Part shown: piece after piece, positions 1 through 9,635 of the stretch
Position numbering within the stretch: the first letter of the stretch is position 1
Layout of the letters: each line of letters opens with the position of its first letter
Translations under genes and position numbers: made by a program
NCBI GenBank assembly: GCA_964622975.1
Contig: CAZUTA010000014.1
Span: 3,267-67,266, forward strand
Source of the DNA: an uncultured Bacteriovoracaceae bacterium
GTDB taxonomy: Bacteria; Bdellovibrionota; UBA2394
DNA: 64,000 nucleotides
Reading direction: 5' to 3'
Notes under the pieces: generated by a model
Seen by the model: only the letters and a program-made list of their open reading frames with translations
The model's database searches: none
Told to the model about the DNA's origin: nothing

Positions 1-626
1 ATCAAATTGAAAATTGGCTCAAGACATTGTCGGCAACACCCCATCCATTTTGGAATCGTTTTGCACAAAGTATCCACAAGTTCGGGCTTTCGACAGAATC
101 CCTACGCGGAATCATTGAAGGATGCCGATATGATTTGCGCCCAAAGCCGTTGACGTTTGAAACCTGGCAAGAACTCAATGACTATGTCCAAGGGGTGGCC
201 GTCTGTGTGGGAGAGGTTGTCTTACAGATTTTGGGAGTTCGCGATTCAAACTCAAGCGCCTATGCGCAAGGTATGGGACGCTGCGTGCAGTATCTCAATA
301 TTTTGAGAGACATTGATGAGGATTTTGCCGAAGGAAAGATCTTTATCCCCAGAGAGTATTTGCAAACCCTGGGGATCTCAGATTTCTCAAAGCCATTTTC
401 GTCAGAGGCCAAACAAAAAGCGCGCGAAGAGCTGTGGAGACGGGCCGTCAACTATCGTGCACACGTGCAGCCTTCATCGATCAAATGCCTTCCAGCCGAA
501 GTCATGGTGGGAGTTTATATGGAAGGCGCCCAAAAATACTGGCGGCACGGAGATTCTCAGCGACTCACGAGTTTTGAAAAACTCGTCGCTGCCATCAAAA
601 GTATTCTGTTATTTGGCAGACGCTGA
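1..626 (+). CDS. Squalene/phytoene synthase family protein, C-terminal part (5' end outside window)
   Basis: The frame is open from nt 3 with no upstream stop, so the gene starts outside the window. The second Asp-rich motif LNILRDIDEDFAEGKIFIPREYL is typical of trans-isoprenyl diphosphate synthases (CrtB/HpnD type). Confidence 0.6.
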   Translation, partial: QIENWLKTLSATPHPFWNRFAQSIHKFGLSTESLRGIIEGCRYDLRPKPLTFETWQELNDYVQGVAVCVGEVVLQILGVRDSNSSAYAQGMGRCVQYLNILRDIDEDFAEGKIFIPREYLQTLGISDFSKPFSSEAKQKAREELWRRAVNYRAHVQPSSIKCLPAEVMVGVYMEGAQKYWRHGDSQRLTSFEKLVAAIKSILLFGRR

Positions 627-1682
627 GCGTGCTCTGAATGAGCGCCGGCGAAGTTCACAGAGACTCAAAATCGCCGCAAAATTCATGAGCAAGTAAATCA
701 GTTTGGATGATGGGCTTAAGGGAGAAGCTGGTTGCGTGCTCAAACTACAGGCCACCGCTACAGCCTGAGAATCTGCCGAACTTCCCATAACATTTGAATC
801 CGCTCCTCCGAGCACTGCAACTCCTCCGCCCAAATTTGGATTTTGAGAATTCTGCACATTTGAAGCCTGTCCATTCATCTGACCAGAGTCGCCCGTGCCT
901 CCATTTCCGATGATGACCCCGGACTCTCCCATTGAAAGGGCGACTTGGACAAACGCCGATATGTCGTCATCGAGAACTCCGACAATATTCAAATAGCCTA
1001 AGGCATCTACAACCTCTTGGGTAAAAAGATTCTCGAATTTTAATTTGGAGTTGAGCTTTAGGGGGAGGTTGTAAGTTCCCACAAAATGGGGACTCAGCTT
1101 GTAACTGACAGCCCCACCTGAAACAACAGGCGTGATATAGGGAGCAAGCTTTGGAATTCGCACTCTCAGCTCCCCAGCACATGTAGACTTAAAGTTCTCG
1201 GGATCAATGAAGACGCTGGAGTTGTAATAAAACTCACCCGGATTCTGACTTGCCTCACCGGGCTCTAATTGAGAAAGAGGGGCCCATAATGTGGGCGCAT
1301 TGCTCACCACACGATAATTGATCAACTCAAATATTTGAAAGACTTTCTCTTTGGGCGCGGCTGCGTCTGACGAATCACGCCTCCTGTGAACCGTGGATTC
1401 TTTTGAGCTGAAAACCAACTTTCCTATCAATGGCGCATCTGCATCGTACTCAAAATACTCTGGTGCACATTTGAATGTCGACGTCAGTAAAACTTCAACG
1501 AGGTCCCCCGGTGCAGCGAGTCTGTCATTGGACCTCGCAAATCGAGCGGCGTCGATGACGCTCTTGAGTGAATCTGTAAAAATAAAAATGAGGGACACAA
1601 CTATGAGAAGCTCGATGACAGTGAAGCCCCCCAGTCTCAACGGACGTGCTAGAGATTTCCTCCCCCCAGAACCCTGCATCAA
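609..1682 (-). CDS. Prepilin-type N-terminal cleavage/methylation domain protein (type IV pilin / pseudopilin-like) with a large C-terminal domain
   Basis: N-terminus has basic residues followed by G|FTVIELLIVVSLI, the classic class III signal peptide with Glu at +5. The rest of the protein has no recognisable motif. Confidence 0.55.
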   Translation of the reverse strand: MMQGSGGRKSLARPLRLGGFTVIELLIVVSLIFIFTDSLKSVIDAARFARSNDRLAAPGDLVEVLLTSTFKCAPEYFEYDADAPLIGKLVFSSKESTVHRRRDSSDAAAPKEKVFQIFELINYRVVSNAPTLWAPLSQLEPGEASQNPGEFYYNSSVFIDPENFKSTCAGELRVRIPKLAPYITPVVSGGAVSYKLSPHFVGTYNLPLKLNSKLKFENLFTQEVVDALGYLNIVGVLDDDISAFVQVALSMGESGVIIGNGGTGDSGQMNGQASNVQNSQNPNLGGGVAVLGGADSNVMGSSADSQAVAVACSLSTQPASPLSPSSKLIYLLMNFAAILSLCELRRRSFRARSASAK

Positions 1683-1749
1683 TTAAGTTTGACATCAAAG
1701 TTCAAACATCGGCAGGGAGTCCCTTAAATACTTGTTTTACCGGGCAATT

Positions 1750-2664
1750 TTAGTTGCTGAGGAGACGCGTGAGCCGCTCCATAATTCCCGGGCCGTCCAG
1801 TTTGTAGTGACGATACAAGTCCTCAGGACTGCCCGACTCTCCAAAACTATCTACCCCAATACGATGAACAACGGCCTCACTTCCTACGCCCGCCACGACT
1901 TCGGAAACCGCTGATCCCAGCCCCCCAATGGTAGAGTGGTCTTCGGCGGTGACGATCATTTCGTAGTTTTCTGCCAAATGGGTGATCAGTCTCTCATCGA
2001 CCGGCTTGAGGCTACAGGCATTGACCACCGTATACTTTTTGCCCAATTGGAGATTGGCTTCCATCAGCGAGTGAACGAGTCCTCCTGTTCCGATGAGTGC
2101 GACTGTTTTGCCTTCATGAAGGGTGTTCCACTTGCCAGGCAAAAATTTGTGATTGGCTTCAAAAATATTGGGCAGCTTTTGGCGACTCAGACGAATATAG
2201 CATGGACCATTATCCATCACCGCAAATCGAATGACGGCTTTTGCTTCGGCATCATCGGCAGGTTGAAATATCTGCATATTGGGGAGAGATCTCAAAAGCG
2301 CTACATCTTCAAGCCCCATTTGCGAATGTCCATCCTCGCCAATGGCGATCCCTGCATGCGTACCGATGATTTTGACGTTGGCTCGATTGTAACTCACGCT
2401 CATGCGAATCTGGTCGTATCGCCCAGTGACAAAACATCCAAAGCTGCATGCAAAAGGAATCTTGCCTGATAATGCGAGTCCCGCCGCGGTCCCGATCATA
2501 TTGGCCTCGGCGATTCCCATTTCAAAAAATCTTTCAGGAAATTTCTTAGCAAATTTTTCGGACTTAGTGGACTTGCTCAAATCGGCGTCCAACACAACGA
2601 TGGCCGAATTCGATTCTCCTAGCAGAGCAACTTCTTCTCCAAATGAATCACGTGTCGCTTTCAT
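1750..2664 (-). CDS. Transketolase, C-terminal (pyrimidine-binding) subunit
   Basis: Motifs FFEMGIAEANMIGTAAGLALSGKIPF and the C-terminal transketolase domain. Adjacent to the N-terminal subunit with a 3-nt gap. Confidence 0.85.
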   Translation of the reverse strand: MKATRDSFGEEVALLGESNSAIVVLDADLSKSTKSEKFAKKFPERFFEMGIAEANMIGTAAGLALSGKIPFACSFGCFVTGRYDQIRMSVSYNRANVKIIGTHAGIAIGEDGHSQMGLEDVALLRSLPNMQIFQPADDAEAKAVIRFAVMDNGPCYIRLSRQKLPNIFEANHKFLPGKWNTLHEGKTVALIGTGGLVHSLMEANLQLGKKYTVVNACSLKPVDERLITHLAENYEMIVTAEDHSTIGGLGSAVSEVVAGVGSEAVVHRIGVDSFGESGSPEDLYRHYKLDGPGIMERLTRLLSN

Positions 2665-2667
2665 TTT

Positions 2668-3531
2668 TTACTGCCCCAATTCTTTCAGTGCCTTTTGCAA
2701 TTGTTCGTCTGTAGGAGCTACCCCGTGCCAGTCAATGACACCCTCCATAAAACTCACTCCCTTACCCTTCACTGTATGAGCGATGATAAGTGTGGGTTTG
2801 CCAGATTCTTTTTGTGGTAAAACTTTTGCCAGCTCAACTCGATTGTGACCGTCAACTTCGAGCACATTCCAGTTAAACGCTTTCCATTTATCTTTGAGCG
2901 GCTCCAAATTCATTACTTCGTCCGACCGGCCATCGATCTGGCCATGATTGTAGTCCACGATCACCGTGAGATTATCGAGCTTGAATTTGGGAGCACTCAT
3001 TGCGGCCTCCCAGATTTGTCCCTCTTGAATTTCGCCATCTCCGACAACACAAAAAACTCGAAAATCCTTTTTGTCGATTTTTGCTGACATCGCCATCCCT
3101 TGAGCAATGCTCAAGCCTTGACCGAGAGACCCGGTGGCTGCTTCGACACAGGTGAGACGAAATCGATCCGGATGTCCCTGAAGTGGAGATCCCAGCTGAC
3201 GCAAAGTCATCAACCAGTCTTTGGGGAAAAATCCACATTCGGCCAAAACTGCATAAAGTGCAGGAACCCCGTGTCCTTTGGATAAAATAAATCGATCTCG
3301 ATCCGTCCACTCGGGTTCTTGAGGGCGGTAGCGCATGACTTGAGAAAAAAGTGTTAAGACGATGTCAAGAACAGACAGACTCCCGCCCGGATGACCATTC
3401 TTTGCGGCGTGAATCATTTTGAGAACCGTCGCGCGCAATCTTCGAGCTGTTGCGTCATCGCTCAAAGGTTTTTGAAATGACGTTGTCATGGGCTTAGCTC
3501 CTGGATCGTTTGTTTGAGTTTGTGTGGCCAT
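2668..3531 (-). CDS. Transketolase, N-terminal (thiamine diphosphate-binding) subunit
   Basis: GHPGGSLS motif and the GDGE ThDP-binding motif. Forms a split transketolase with the downstream ORF. Confidence 0.85.
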   Translation of the reverse strand: MATQTQTNDPGAKPMTTSFQKPLSDDATARRLRATVLKMIHAAKNGHPGGSLSVLDIVLTLFSQVMRYRPQEPEWTDRDRFILSKGHGVPALYAVLAECGFFPKDWLMTLRQLGSPLQGHPDRFRLTCVEAATGSLGQGLSIAQGMAMSAKIDKKDFRVFCVVGDGEIQEGQIWEAAMSAPKFKLDNLTVIVDYNHGQIDGRSDEVMNLEPLKDKWKAFNWNVLEVDGHNRVELAKVLPQKESGKPTLIIAHTVKGKGVSFMEGVIDWHGVAPTDEQLQKALKELGQ

Positions 3532-3549
3532 ACATGGTACAAATAGCTC

Positions 3550-4044
3550 ATGGGCAAAATTTATAATATATTTTCCACCTCGGAAAATTCACCCAAAGAT
3601 TTTTCGCTCGAAGCGGCCAATGAGCTCGTCCCTCTTTTGAGACGCTATACGGATGAGGCCATTCAGGAAACTCAGAAAGTGGCCCTTAAGATGGAATATC
3701 TGGGCAAGGAAACGCCGCAATTTAAGACTCTTTCAAAGGCCCACGATCAATCGATCATCCGATGGGCAGAGCGGGTCCATCGCCTGGGAGGCCTTGCCAA
3801 GGGTCTTTGGACCGTGGATTTTGACAATGGAAAGGGCTTTTTGTGCTGGTCTCATCCAGAAGATAAGATTGAGCACTTTCATAGTTATGACGGCAGCTTT
3901 AAAACTCGCACAAAGCTTGGCGAGCAAGCGATCGAAACGAAAAAGCCTGCCAAAGGTTCGAGCACTGGCACCTCACGTGGAGATGCTAAAGGGAGCAGCA
4001 AAGGCTCCACACCCACTCCCCCTCAGCCGCAGCCGGGAGTTTAG
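3550..4044 (+). CDS. Hypothetical protein (possibly DUF2203-like) with a low-complexity Gly/Ser/Pro C-terminal tail
   Basis: ORF with the segment WTVDFDNGKGFLCWSHPEDKIEHFH, reminiscent of DUF2203. Stop TAG at 4042-4044. Confidence 0.4.
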   Translation: MGKIYNIFSTSENSPKDFSLEAANELVPLLRRYTDEAIQETQKVALKMEYLGKETPQFKTLSKAHDQSIIRWAERVHRLGGLAKGLWTVDFDNGKGFLCWSHPEDKIEHFHSYDGSFKTRTKLGEQAIETKKPAKGSSTGTSRGDAKGSSKGSTPTPPQPQPGV

Positions 4045-4045
4045 A

Positions 4046-4894
4046 TTGAACTTCCGCGCGTTCAGGTCTTTGTTTCTGTGCCTACAATTTGTACCGAGCT
4101 TGCTCGGAGCGAACGATGCGGTGACAAATCAACGATACACTGCGGAGTCTCTCGGAATGTCTCAAGCCGAAACGGCGATTGCTGCAGATGCTTCGGCCTT
4201 CTATTTCAATCCAGCGGGACTATCACGACATTCAGAATACCGACTCTTGTCGGTGTCTCAACGATTTGTAAGTGAATTGGATAATTTTGGAATTCAAGCG
4301 GCCGTCATTGACTCAAAAACAGAAGATCCACTTCACTGGGGTTTTTTGTTTAATTTTGCTCGGGACAAATTGGCAGCGCGATTTCAGGATTACGCTTTCG
4401 TGACGAGTTACAATTATCAGAACTTCATTCTACTCGGTGTGGGCCAACGGTTCTCAAATTTTGATCAAAGAACGCAGACTCCCGACAAATGGACTTATGG
4501 CTTGAATGCTGGCCTCTTACTGTTTGCAACTGACAACGTGGCTCTCGGTTTTTCTGTCGATAATGTTTATCGAAACCACTCGGACAAATTCACAAACCCC
4601 GTCATTTTACGGACAGGTGTCAGTGCTAATTTTCAAGAACTACGAATCGGGCTCGATCTTGAGCGCAACCAATCTAAAGGCAAAACTTTCGGTCGAGCGG
4701 GAGTTGAGTATCAAGCTAGCAGAATGGTTCAGGTCCGTACGGGAGCTTTTTGTGATACGAAAAAAGACGATTTGGGATATTCATTAGGCCTTGGAATAAG
4801 CCCAGCGGAGGGATTTCAGCTAAACTTTGGCTGGCTCGACCAGCTCAAATCTTCGATGACTCTCTGGGCTACCGATTTGACTTTTAAGTTTTAG
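4046..4894 (+). CDS. Putative outer-membrane beta-barrel protein
   Basis: TTG at 4046 lies 7 nt after GGAG (4036-4039) and directly abuts the upstream stop. The predicted signal peptide is NFRAFRSLFLCLQFVPSLLGANDA. The protein has alternating aromatic/hydrophilic beta-strand-like segments and ends in ...LTFKF (C-terminal Phe). The 130 aa before this start in the ORF track (ORF 3653..4894) overlap the upstream gene out of frame and are likely artefactual. Confidence 0.45.
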   Translation: MNFRAFRSLFLCLQFVPSLLGANDAVTNQRYTAESLGMSQAETAIAADASAFYFNPAGLSRHSEYRLLSVSQRFVSELDNFGIQAAVIDSKTEDPLHWGFLFNFARDKLAARFQDYAFVTSYNYQNFILLGVGQRFSNFDQRTQTPDKWTYGLNAGLLLFATDNVALGFSVDNVYRNHSDKFTNPVILRTGVSANFQELRIGLDLERNQSKGKTFGRAGVEYQASRMVQVRTGAFCDTKKDDLGYSLGLGISPAEGFQLNFGWLDQLKSSMTLWATDLTFKF

Positions 4895-6847
4895 GATTTT
4901 TTTTTGCTCATCCATCCAGGATTGAAACATTAACACGTTCCAGAGAGCGTGCGACCAATCGCGCCGTCCTGAAATATGTTCATTCCATTTGTTTTGAATC
5001 TGGGACAATTCAAAGAAACCTTCCTCCTGTACGCGTCGAGATGAAAGTAAATCTTCAGCCCATCCACGAAGAGGGCCTCGAAGCCAAGAGGCCAATGGAA
5101 TTCCAAATCCCATTTTTGGTCTTTCAAACAGCTCTGGCGAAAGATACCGACTCAATAGTTTTTTCAGAATGATCTTTCCACGTCCCTGCTTCACTTTAAA
5201 CTGGAGTGGCAAAGTCCACGCCCATTCAATGAGTCGGTGATCAAGAAAGGGAATTCGGCTTTCAAGGCTTACGGCCATCCCCGCTCTATCTACCTTCACA
5301 AGAATATCGTCTACAAGATATGTCAAAAAGTCGTATTGCATCATGAATTCCGAAAACTCACCTTCTTCATGCAGACGATCCTTTACGTATGAATCACGAT
5401 CACTTTTTTCGCCAAAAGCGAGGGCCTGATGGGCTTGAGGCCAAAGGCTGGCTAAAACTTCATACAGTTCAAAAGAATTCTTTGTATCCAACGCATACGA
5501 AATCTTTTGCATTTTTAATCCCGGCGTTCGCATGATCTCGCGACCTCGATTGAGGCGCATCGCTATTTCGAATATCTGATCCCAGGTTCCCGGCGAAACA
5601 CCCCTCAACCCTGCTGACAATCCTCGCCTCAGCCAAAACGGAATACGATTCAATCGACTGGCAATGCGACCTCCCAGGAAATATCGATTGTACCCACCAA
5701 ATACTTCGTCTCCACCGTCTCCGGACAAAGACACCGTCACGGACTTTCGAGCCAGTTGTGCAACAAAATAGGTAGGGATCTGTGAGCTATCTGCAAAGGG
5801 CTCATCATAAATCTGGGGAACTCGGGGAATCAAGTCCATGGCTTCACGCGGTGAAACTTCGAGGCACGTATGATCAGTTCCGATAGCCCTTGCAACAGCT
5901 TCGGCAGATTTTGATTCATCAAAATTCTTATCCGCAAACCCAATGGTGAACGTCTTAATTGGACGATTGGAGATTTGTTGCATCTTGGCCACTACCAGTG
6001 ACGAATCAATCCCACCCGATAAGAACGCCCCGAGCGGTACGTCCGAAATCATTTGGTTCTGAATAATACTGCCGAGGCGTCGATCAAGCTCATCCACAGC
6101 CTCTTCAAAACTTCCTTCAAAGGGATGAAGTCTTCCTTCATTCACTTTTTCTTTGAGCAGCCAGTAAGATTTTGGTTGAAGGTTCCTTTGATACTCAAAC
6201 TCGCCAAGTTTTAGATACGCGCCAGGCATCAGTTTTTTAAAATTCTGATCTATGGATCTCGGCTCGGAGATATACGAAAATTGCGTGAGCTCCGATACAG
6301 CAACTCGATCAATCTTGCTTTCAAACTTTGAATGTGCAGCGATCGCCTTCAGTTCCGAAGCAAAAGCAAAAATACGCGGAGTTACCCATCCATAATAGAG
6401 AGGCTTTTCTCCCGCCCGATCTCTCGCCAGATAGAGTTGACGTTCCCGCTGGTCCCACAGCGCTAGGGCAAACATTCCCACCGATCTCTTGAGGGCTTCT
6501 TCAAGGCCCCAGAGTTCAATCGCAGCCAAAAGAACTTCCGTGTCTGAATTTCCTCGGAACTGGACTCCGATCTGTCCAAGCTCGGCTCTGATTTCTTTAA
6601 AATTATAAATCTCGCCATTCAACGCTAAGACGAATCGACCAGACGCAGACTTCATGGGCTGCGCTCCGGCTGGCGACAAATCGATAATGGAAAGTCGACG
6701 ATGACCTAAAAAAAAGTGAGCAGGCTTATCTTCAAAAACTCCGTCAGAATCTGGGCCGCGATGGTAGAGAGTCTGGAGCATCCTTCGGAGATCTCCAGAA
6801 AAATCTGAGTCCCCTCGAGAGCTCCAAAATCCTACAAATCCACACAT
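4820..6847 (-). CDS. Asparagine synthase (glutamine-hydrolysing), AsnB family (WbpS-like amidotransferase)
   Basis: N-terminal MCGFVGF (Ntn Cys2), glutaminase domain, PP-loop SGGIDSS, 675 aa. Sits inside a glycan locus. Confidence 0.85.
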   Translation of the reverse strand: MCGFVGFWSSRGDSDFSGDLRRMLQTLYHRGPDSDGVFEDKPAHFFLGHRRLSIIDLSPAGAQPMKSASGRFVLALNGEIYNFKEIRAELGQIGVQFRGNSDTEVLLAAIELWGLEEALKRSVGMFALALWDQRERQLYLARDRAGEKPLYYGWVTPRIFAFASELKAIAAHSKFESKIDRVAVSELTQFSYISEPRSIDQNFKKLMPGAYLKLGEFEYQRNLQPKSYWLLKEKVNEGRLHPFEGSFEEAVDELDRRLGSIIQNQMISDVPLGAFLSGGIDSSLVVAKMQQISNRPIKTFTIGFADKNFDESKSAEAVARAIGTDHTCLEVSPREAMDLIPRVPQIYDEPFADSSQIPTYFVAQLARKSVTVSLSGDGGDEVFGGYNRYFLGGRIASRLNRIPFWLRRGLSAGLRGVSPGTWDQIFEIAMRLNRGREIMRTPGLKMQKISYALDTKNSFELYEVLASLWPQAHQALAFGEKSDRDSYVKDRLHEEGEFSEFMMQYDFLTYLVDDILVKVDRAGMAVSLESRIPFLDHRLIEWAWTLPLQFKVKQGRGKIILKKLLSRYLSPELFERPKMGFGIPLASWLRGPLRGWAEDLLSSRRVQEEGFFELSQIQNKWNEHISGRRDWSHALWNVLMFQSWMDEQKKILKLKSQIGSPESHRRFELVEPAKV

Positions 6848-6850
6848 TGC

Positions 6851-7510
6851 CTAAATATATCCGATGCCCAGCAAGCCCTTAGAGGCATACGGAACGAGCT
6901 CGAATCGCGAGAACCCAGCCTGTTTGTAAATATCGCTCAGCTGATCTCGTGTATAAAAATAAAGCGGACAGTTTCGACGAGCATATCTCCATCGACGAAA
7001 CGGCTCCCGAATCAATGAACTTTCCGGGAACGAGCCGATGACTCGTCCAGTTGTAAACTTCTTCATTTGAATCAAAAACGATACTGGCTCAGCAATATAG
7101 TCAAAGACTCCTAAAGCCACAGAATAGTCAAAGCGCTTATCTGTTGAGAATTCCATCATGTTGGACCGAACAATTTCGGAGCGCTTCTCAAAGCCTGCAC
7201 CCTTCAAATAGGCTCGCGCTAACGCATTCATTTCTTCAGAAAAATCTACTCCGGTTACCCAGTCTGCACCCGCCCTTAGGAGCAAGGCAGAGTTGCGCGC
7301 GGAGCCGCTTCCCACATCTAAAATTGATTTTCCTTGAATTGGCTGCATCGCCTGAATTGTTTTTGTGACACGATCGTACATGCCGCGCCTAAAAAACCGA
7401 TTAAGAACTCTTCCCCGAATATCTTCCTCGTAAAGAGAGTCAAAGGCCTTTGCGGTAAAATCAAAGAACTCTTCGACTTCCCTGGCTTCGCTCTGCTGAT
7501 TTGATTTCAT
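6851..7510 (-). CDS. Class I SAM-dependent methyltransferase
   Basis: ILDVGSGSARNSALL glycine-rich motif I. Confidence 0.6.
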   Translation of the reverse strand: MKSNQQSEAREVEEFFDFTAKAFDSLYEEDIRGRVLNRFFRRGMYDRVTKTIQAMQPIQGKSILDVGSGSARNSALLLRAGADWVTGVDFSEEMNALARAYLKGAGFEKRSEIVRSNMMEFSTDKRFDYSVALGVFDYIAEPVSFLIQMKKFTTGRVIGSFPESSLIREPFRRWRYARRNCPLYFYTRDQLSDIYKQAGFSRFELVPYASKGLLGIGYI

Positions 7511-8381
7511 TCAATACCTCCTTACACGAACGGTAACAGAAACCGTGACCCACAGCTTCCAGTTTGTTGAGCAAGGAACTTCCTCGCCCCAAATTTTGAG
7601 GAAACTCCATCCGCAGCCTCTTCCAGAATGGGGCCTTCAGCCCCACATCGGCGAGACGCAAAGGCACATCGGAGACCTCATAAGGATGAAAATAAATCAT
7701 CAATGGGTTGGCCGTTGTTCGCTTCCATAAATTTCGCACAAGACGCGCCGGCAACAATCGAAAGTAGCCCCCCCCAGACACGGGGAGTTCAACCCCAAAC
7801 ACTTGAGTCGTCGTCAGAGGAAACTCTACGATACTTTGGTTGTTCGCAAATTTGATCTGAGTGCATTGAGTCGGAAAATCAGGCCAACCATATTTTCGAA
7901 ACTTCATGGGGTAGATACTCGAATCATACTCAAGTCCCAGCTCGGCCAAAATCTCGAGTGGCTCGAACTGTGAGTTTCTTATCCAAAACTGAGGGGCTCG
8001 ATATCCCAAGACTTTCTCCCCGGTGATACTCTGAAGCACATCCAAAGAAGTTTGGATGTCGAGCCTAAACTGAGATTCTGAAATATCCTTTGTCAAAAAG
8101 TGAGCATTCCCATGACTCGCAATCTCATGCCCCTGAGAATGAATTCGCCGAATGAGATCCGGATACTTTCTCGCCACTGTCCCTAAACAGAAAAAAGTGG
8201 CGCGAATAGATTTCTGCTCAAGCCACCTGAGCCAATTCTCCGTTTGTTGGAGAACGCGAGAGGTGACTTCGATGTCTGTACCCGTTGTATGACGATGGCG
8301 CAAAGCAAACCAGTCTTCAAGGTCAATGGAAAGCACCGAACTACGACTTTGCAGAACAAGGGGAGAAAACGTCATTGCCAT
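7461..8381 (-). CDS. Polysaccharide deacetylase family protein (CE4-like, PEP-CTERM-locus type)
   Basis: LSIDLEDWF...FFCLG...HEIASHG motifs resemble the DVEDYF-type deacetylases found in EPS loci. Confidence 0.5.
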   Translation of the reverse strand: MAMTFSPLVLQSRSSVLSIDLEDWFALRHRHTTGTDIEVTSRVLQQTENWLRWLEQKSIRATFFCLGTVARKYPDLIRRIHSQGHEIASHGNAHFLTKDISESQFRLDIQTSLDVLQSITGEKVLGYRAPQFWIRNSQFEPLEILAELGLEYDSSIYPMKFRKYGWPDFPTQCTQIKFANNQSIVEFPLTTTQVFGVELPVSGGGYFRLLPARLVRNLWKRTTANPLMIYFHPYEVSDVPLRLADVGLKAPFWKRLRMEFPQNLGRGSSLLNKLEAVGHGFCYRSCKEVLNEIKSAERSQGSRRVL

Positions 8382-9586
8382 AAGCGAGTTACTCCCTGAC
8401 TCGATCTACGTAAAATTTTCTGAAGAGCAGTGTCTATACGCCCGTGGACGAGCTCTTCTCGAAAAATCTTCGAGATGCGCTCCCTCGCAGCTCGGCCGTA
8501 ACTCGATCGAAGTGCAGGATCTTCAATGAGTTGGCAAATCGCCTCGCGAGCAGCTTCTGGATTCTTCAAGGGAACCAAAAGTCCCGTCGTCCCATCTTCT
8601 ACCACTTCTCGACAACCTCGGATTCTCGTCGCGACAGCAGGAACCTCCATCGCTTGAGCTTCCATCAATGCTCTTGGAACACCTTCACGATGCGAAAGAA
8701 GTACAAAGACATCCATGGTGCGATAAATTGCATCAACGTCCGTACGAGCTCCAAGAAAGTGAACTCTGCCCATTTGCGACAGCTCACGCATTTCCTGATT
8801 CGAAATCGCATCGTTTTGATCCTTTTCTTCGCCCCCAACAATCACAAAGTGGAGATTTGGATTCTCCCCGTGCAGCCTTCGAATCACTTCAAAAAATTCA
8901 CGAAATCCTTTCTCGTAAACCAGTCGCCCCACGGTACCGATCACAATGGCCGATTCAGGAATTCCCATTTCTTGGCGCAATGATTGACTGCTTTGCAAAT
9001 CCTTGCGCTGTGGATCAAACCGCCTGATATCAATTCCATTTCCAATATAAAACGCCCGATCACTTGGGACAAAACCACGACGTACAGCCCAATCGTAGTC
9101 CTCTCGACTCTGAAAAAATAAATAATCCGAAAACGTCGCCGTAAATTTTTCAACAGCCCAAAAGAGCATCCGCTTGAGGAAGGGCAATTGATCGTGAAAC
9201 AAAAATCCATGAACCGTATGAATCACAACTGGAATTCGTGCCACTTGAGCAGCGATTGGCCCCAACAAGCCCGCCTTTGGAGTATGAGTATTCACGATAC
9301 CGTAGCCACGTCTTTTAAAGAAAAGAACAAGCTTCAAAAACGTGTTGAGATCTCGAAGAGGAGAAAGCTCGCGCTCAATGGATATATGCGTTCGCGCAAA
9401 GTCTCCCGAACTCGCAGAAAAGTTCTGTTTGTTGGCTCGCTTGGATAGAGCCTCCACCTGATATCCCCGTCCGCTAAGGTACTTTAGCTGTGGCGAAAGG
9501 AGGAGATCGACTGACATCTCGGCTACAGCCATCGAGGCTAAGCGAACACCCGTCGGATCGACATGATCAATCTGCTCCCCGCCCAT
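8372..9586 (-). CDS. Glycosyltransferase family 4 (GT-B)
   Basis: C-terminal segment ...VFVLLSHREGVPRALMEAQAMEVPAVATRIRGCREVVEDGTTGLL (the E-X7-E region). The ORF is open to 9802, but the GT4-like N-terminus begins near the internal Met at 9586. Confidence 0.7.
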   Translation of the reverse strand: MGGEQIDHVDPTGVRLASMAVAEMSVDLLLSPQLKYLSGRGYQVEALSKRANKQNFSASSGDFARTHISIERELSPLRDLNTFLKLVLFFKRRGYGIVNTHTPKAGLLGPIAAQVARIPVVIHTVHGFLFHDQLPFLKRMLFWAVEKFTATFSDYLFFQSREDYDWAVRRGFVPSDRAFYIGNGIDIRRFDPQRKDLQSSQSLRQEMGIPESAIVIGTVGRLVYEKGFREFFEVIRRLHGENPNLHFVIVGGEEKDQNDAISNQEMRELSQMGRVHFLGARTDVDAIYRTMDVFVLLSHREGVPRALMEAQAMEVPAVATRIRGCREVVEDGTTGLLVPLKNPEAAREAICQLIEDPALRSSYGRAARERISKIFREELVHGRIDTALQKILRRSSQGVTRLWQ

Positions 9587-9635
9587 CAGACCCCCGAGTC
9601 TAACAACAAAACGCCTCCATGGCGCTAGACTCTTT

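Noticed and set aside
3653-4045. N-terminal 130 aa of the 413-aa ORF 3653..4894
   Set aside because: It overlaps ORF 3550..4044 in another frame, is highly basic and low-complexity, and a proper signal peptide begins only at the TTG at 4046.
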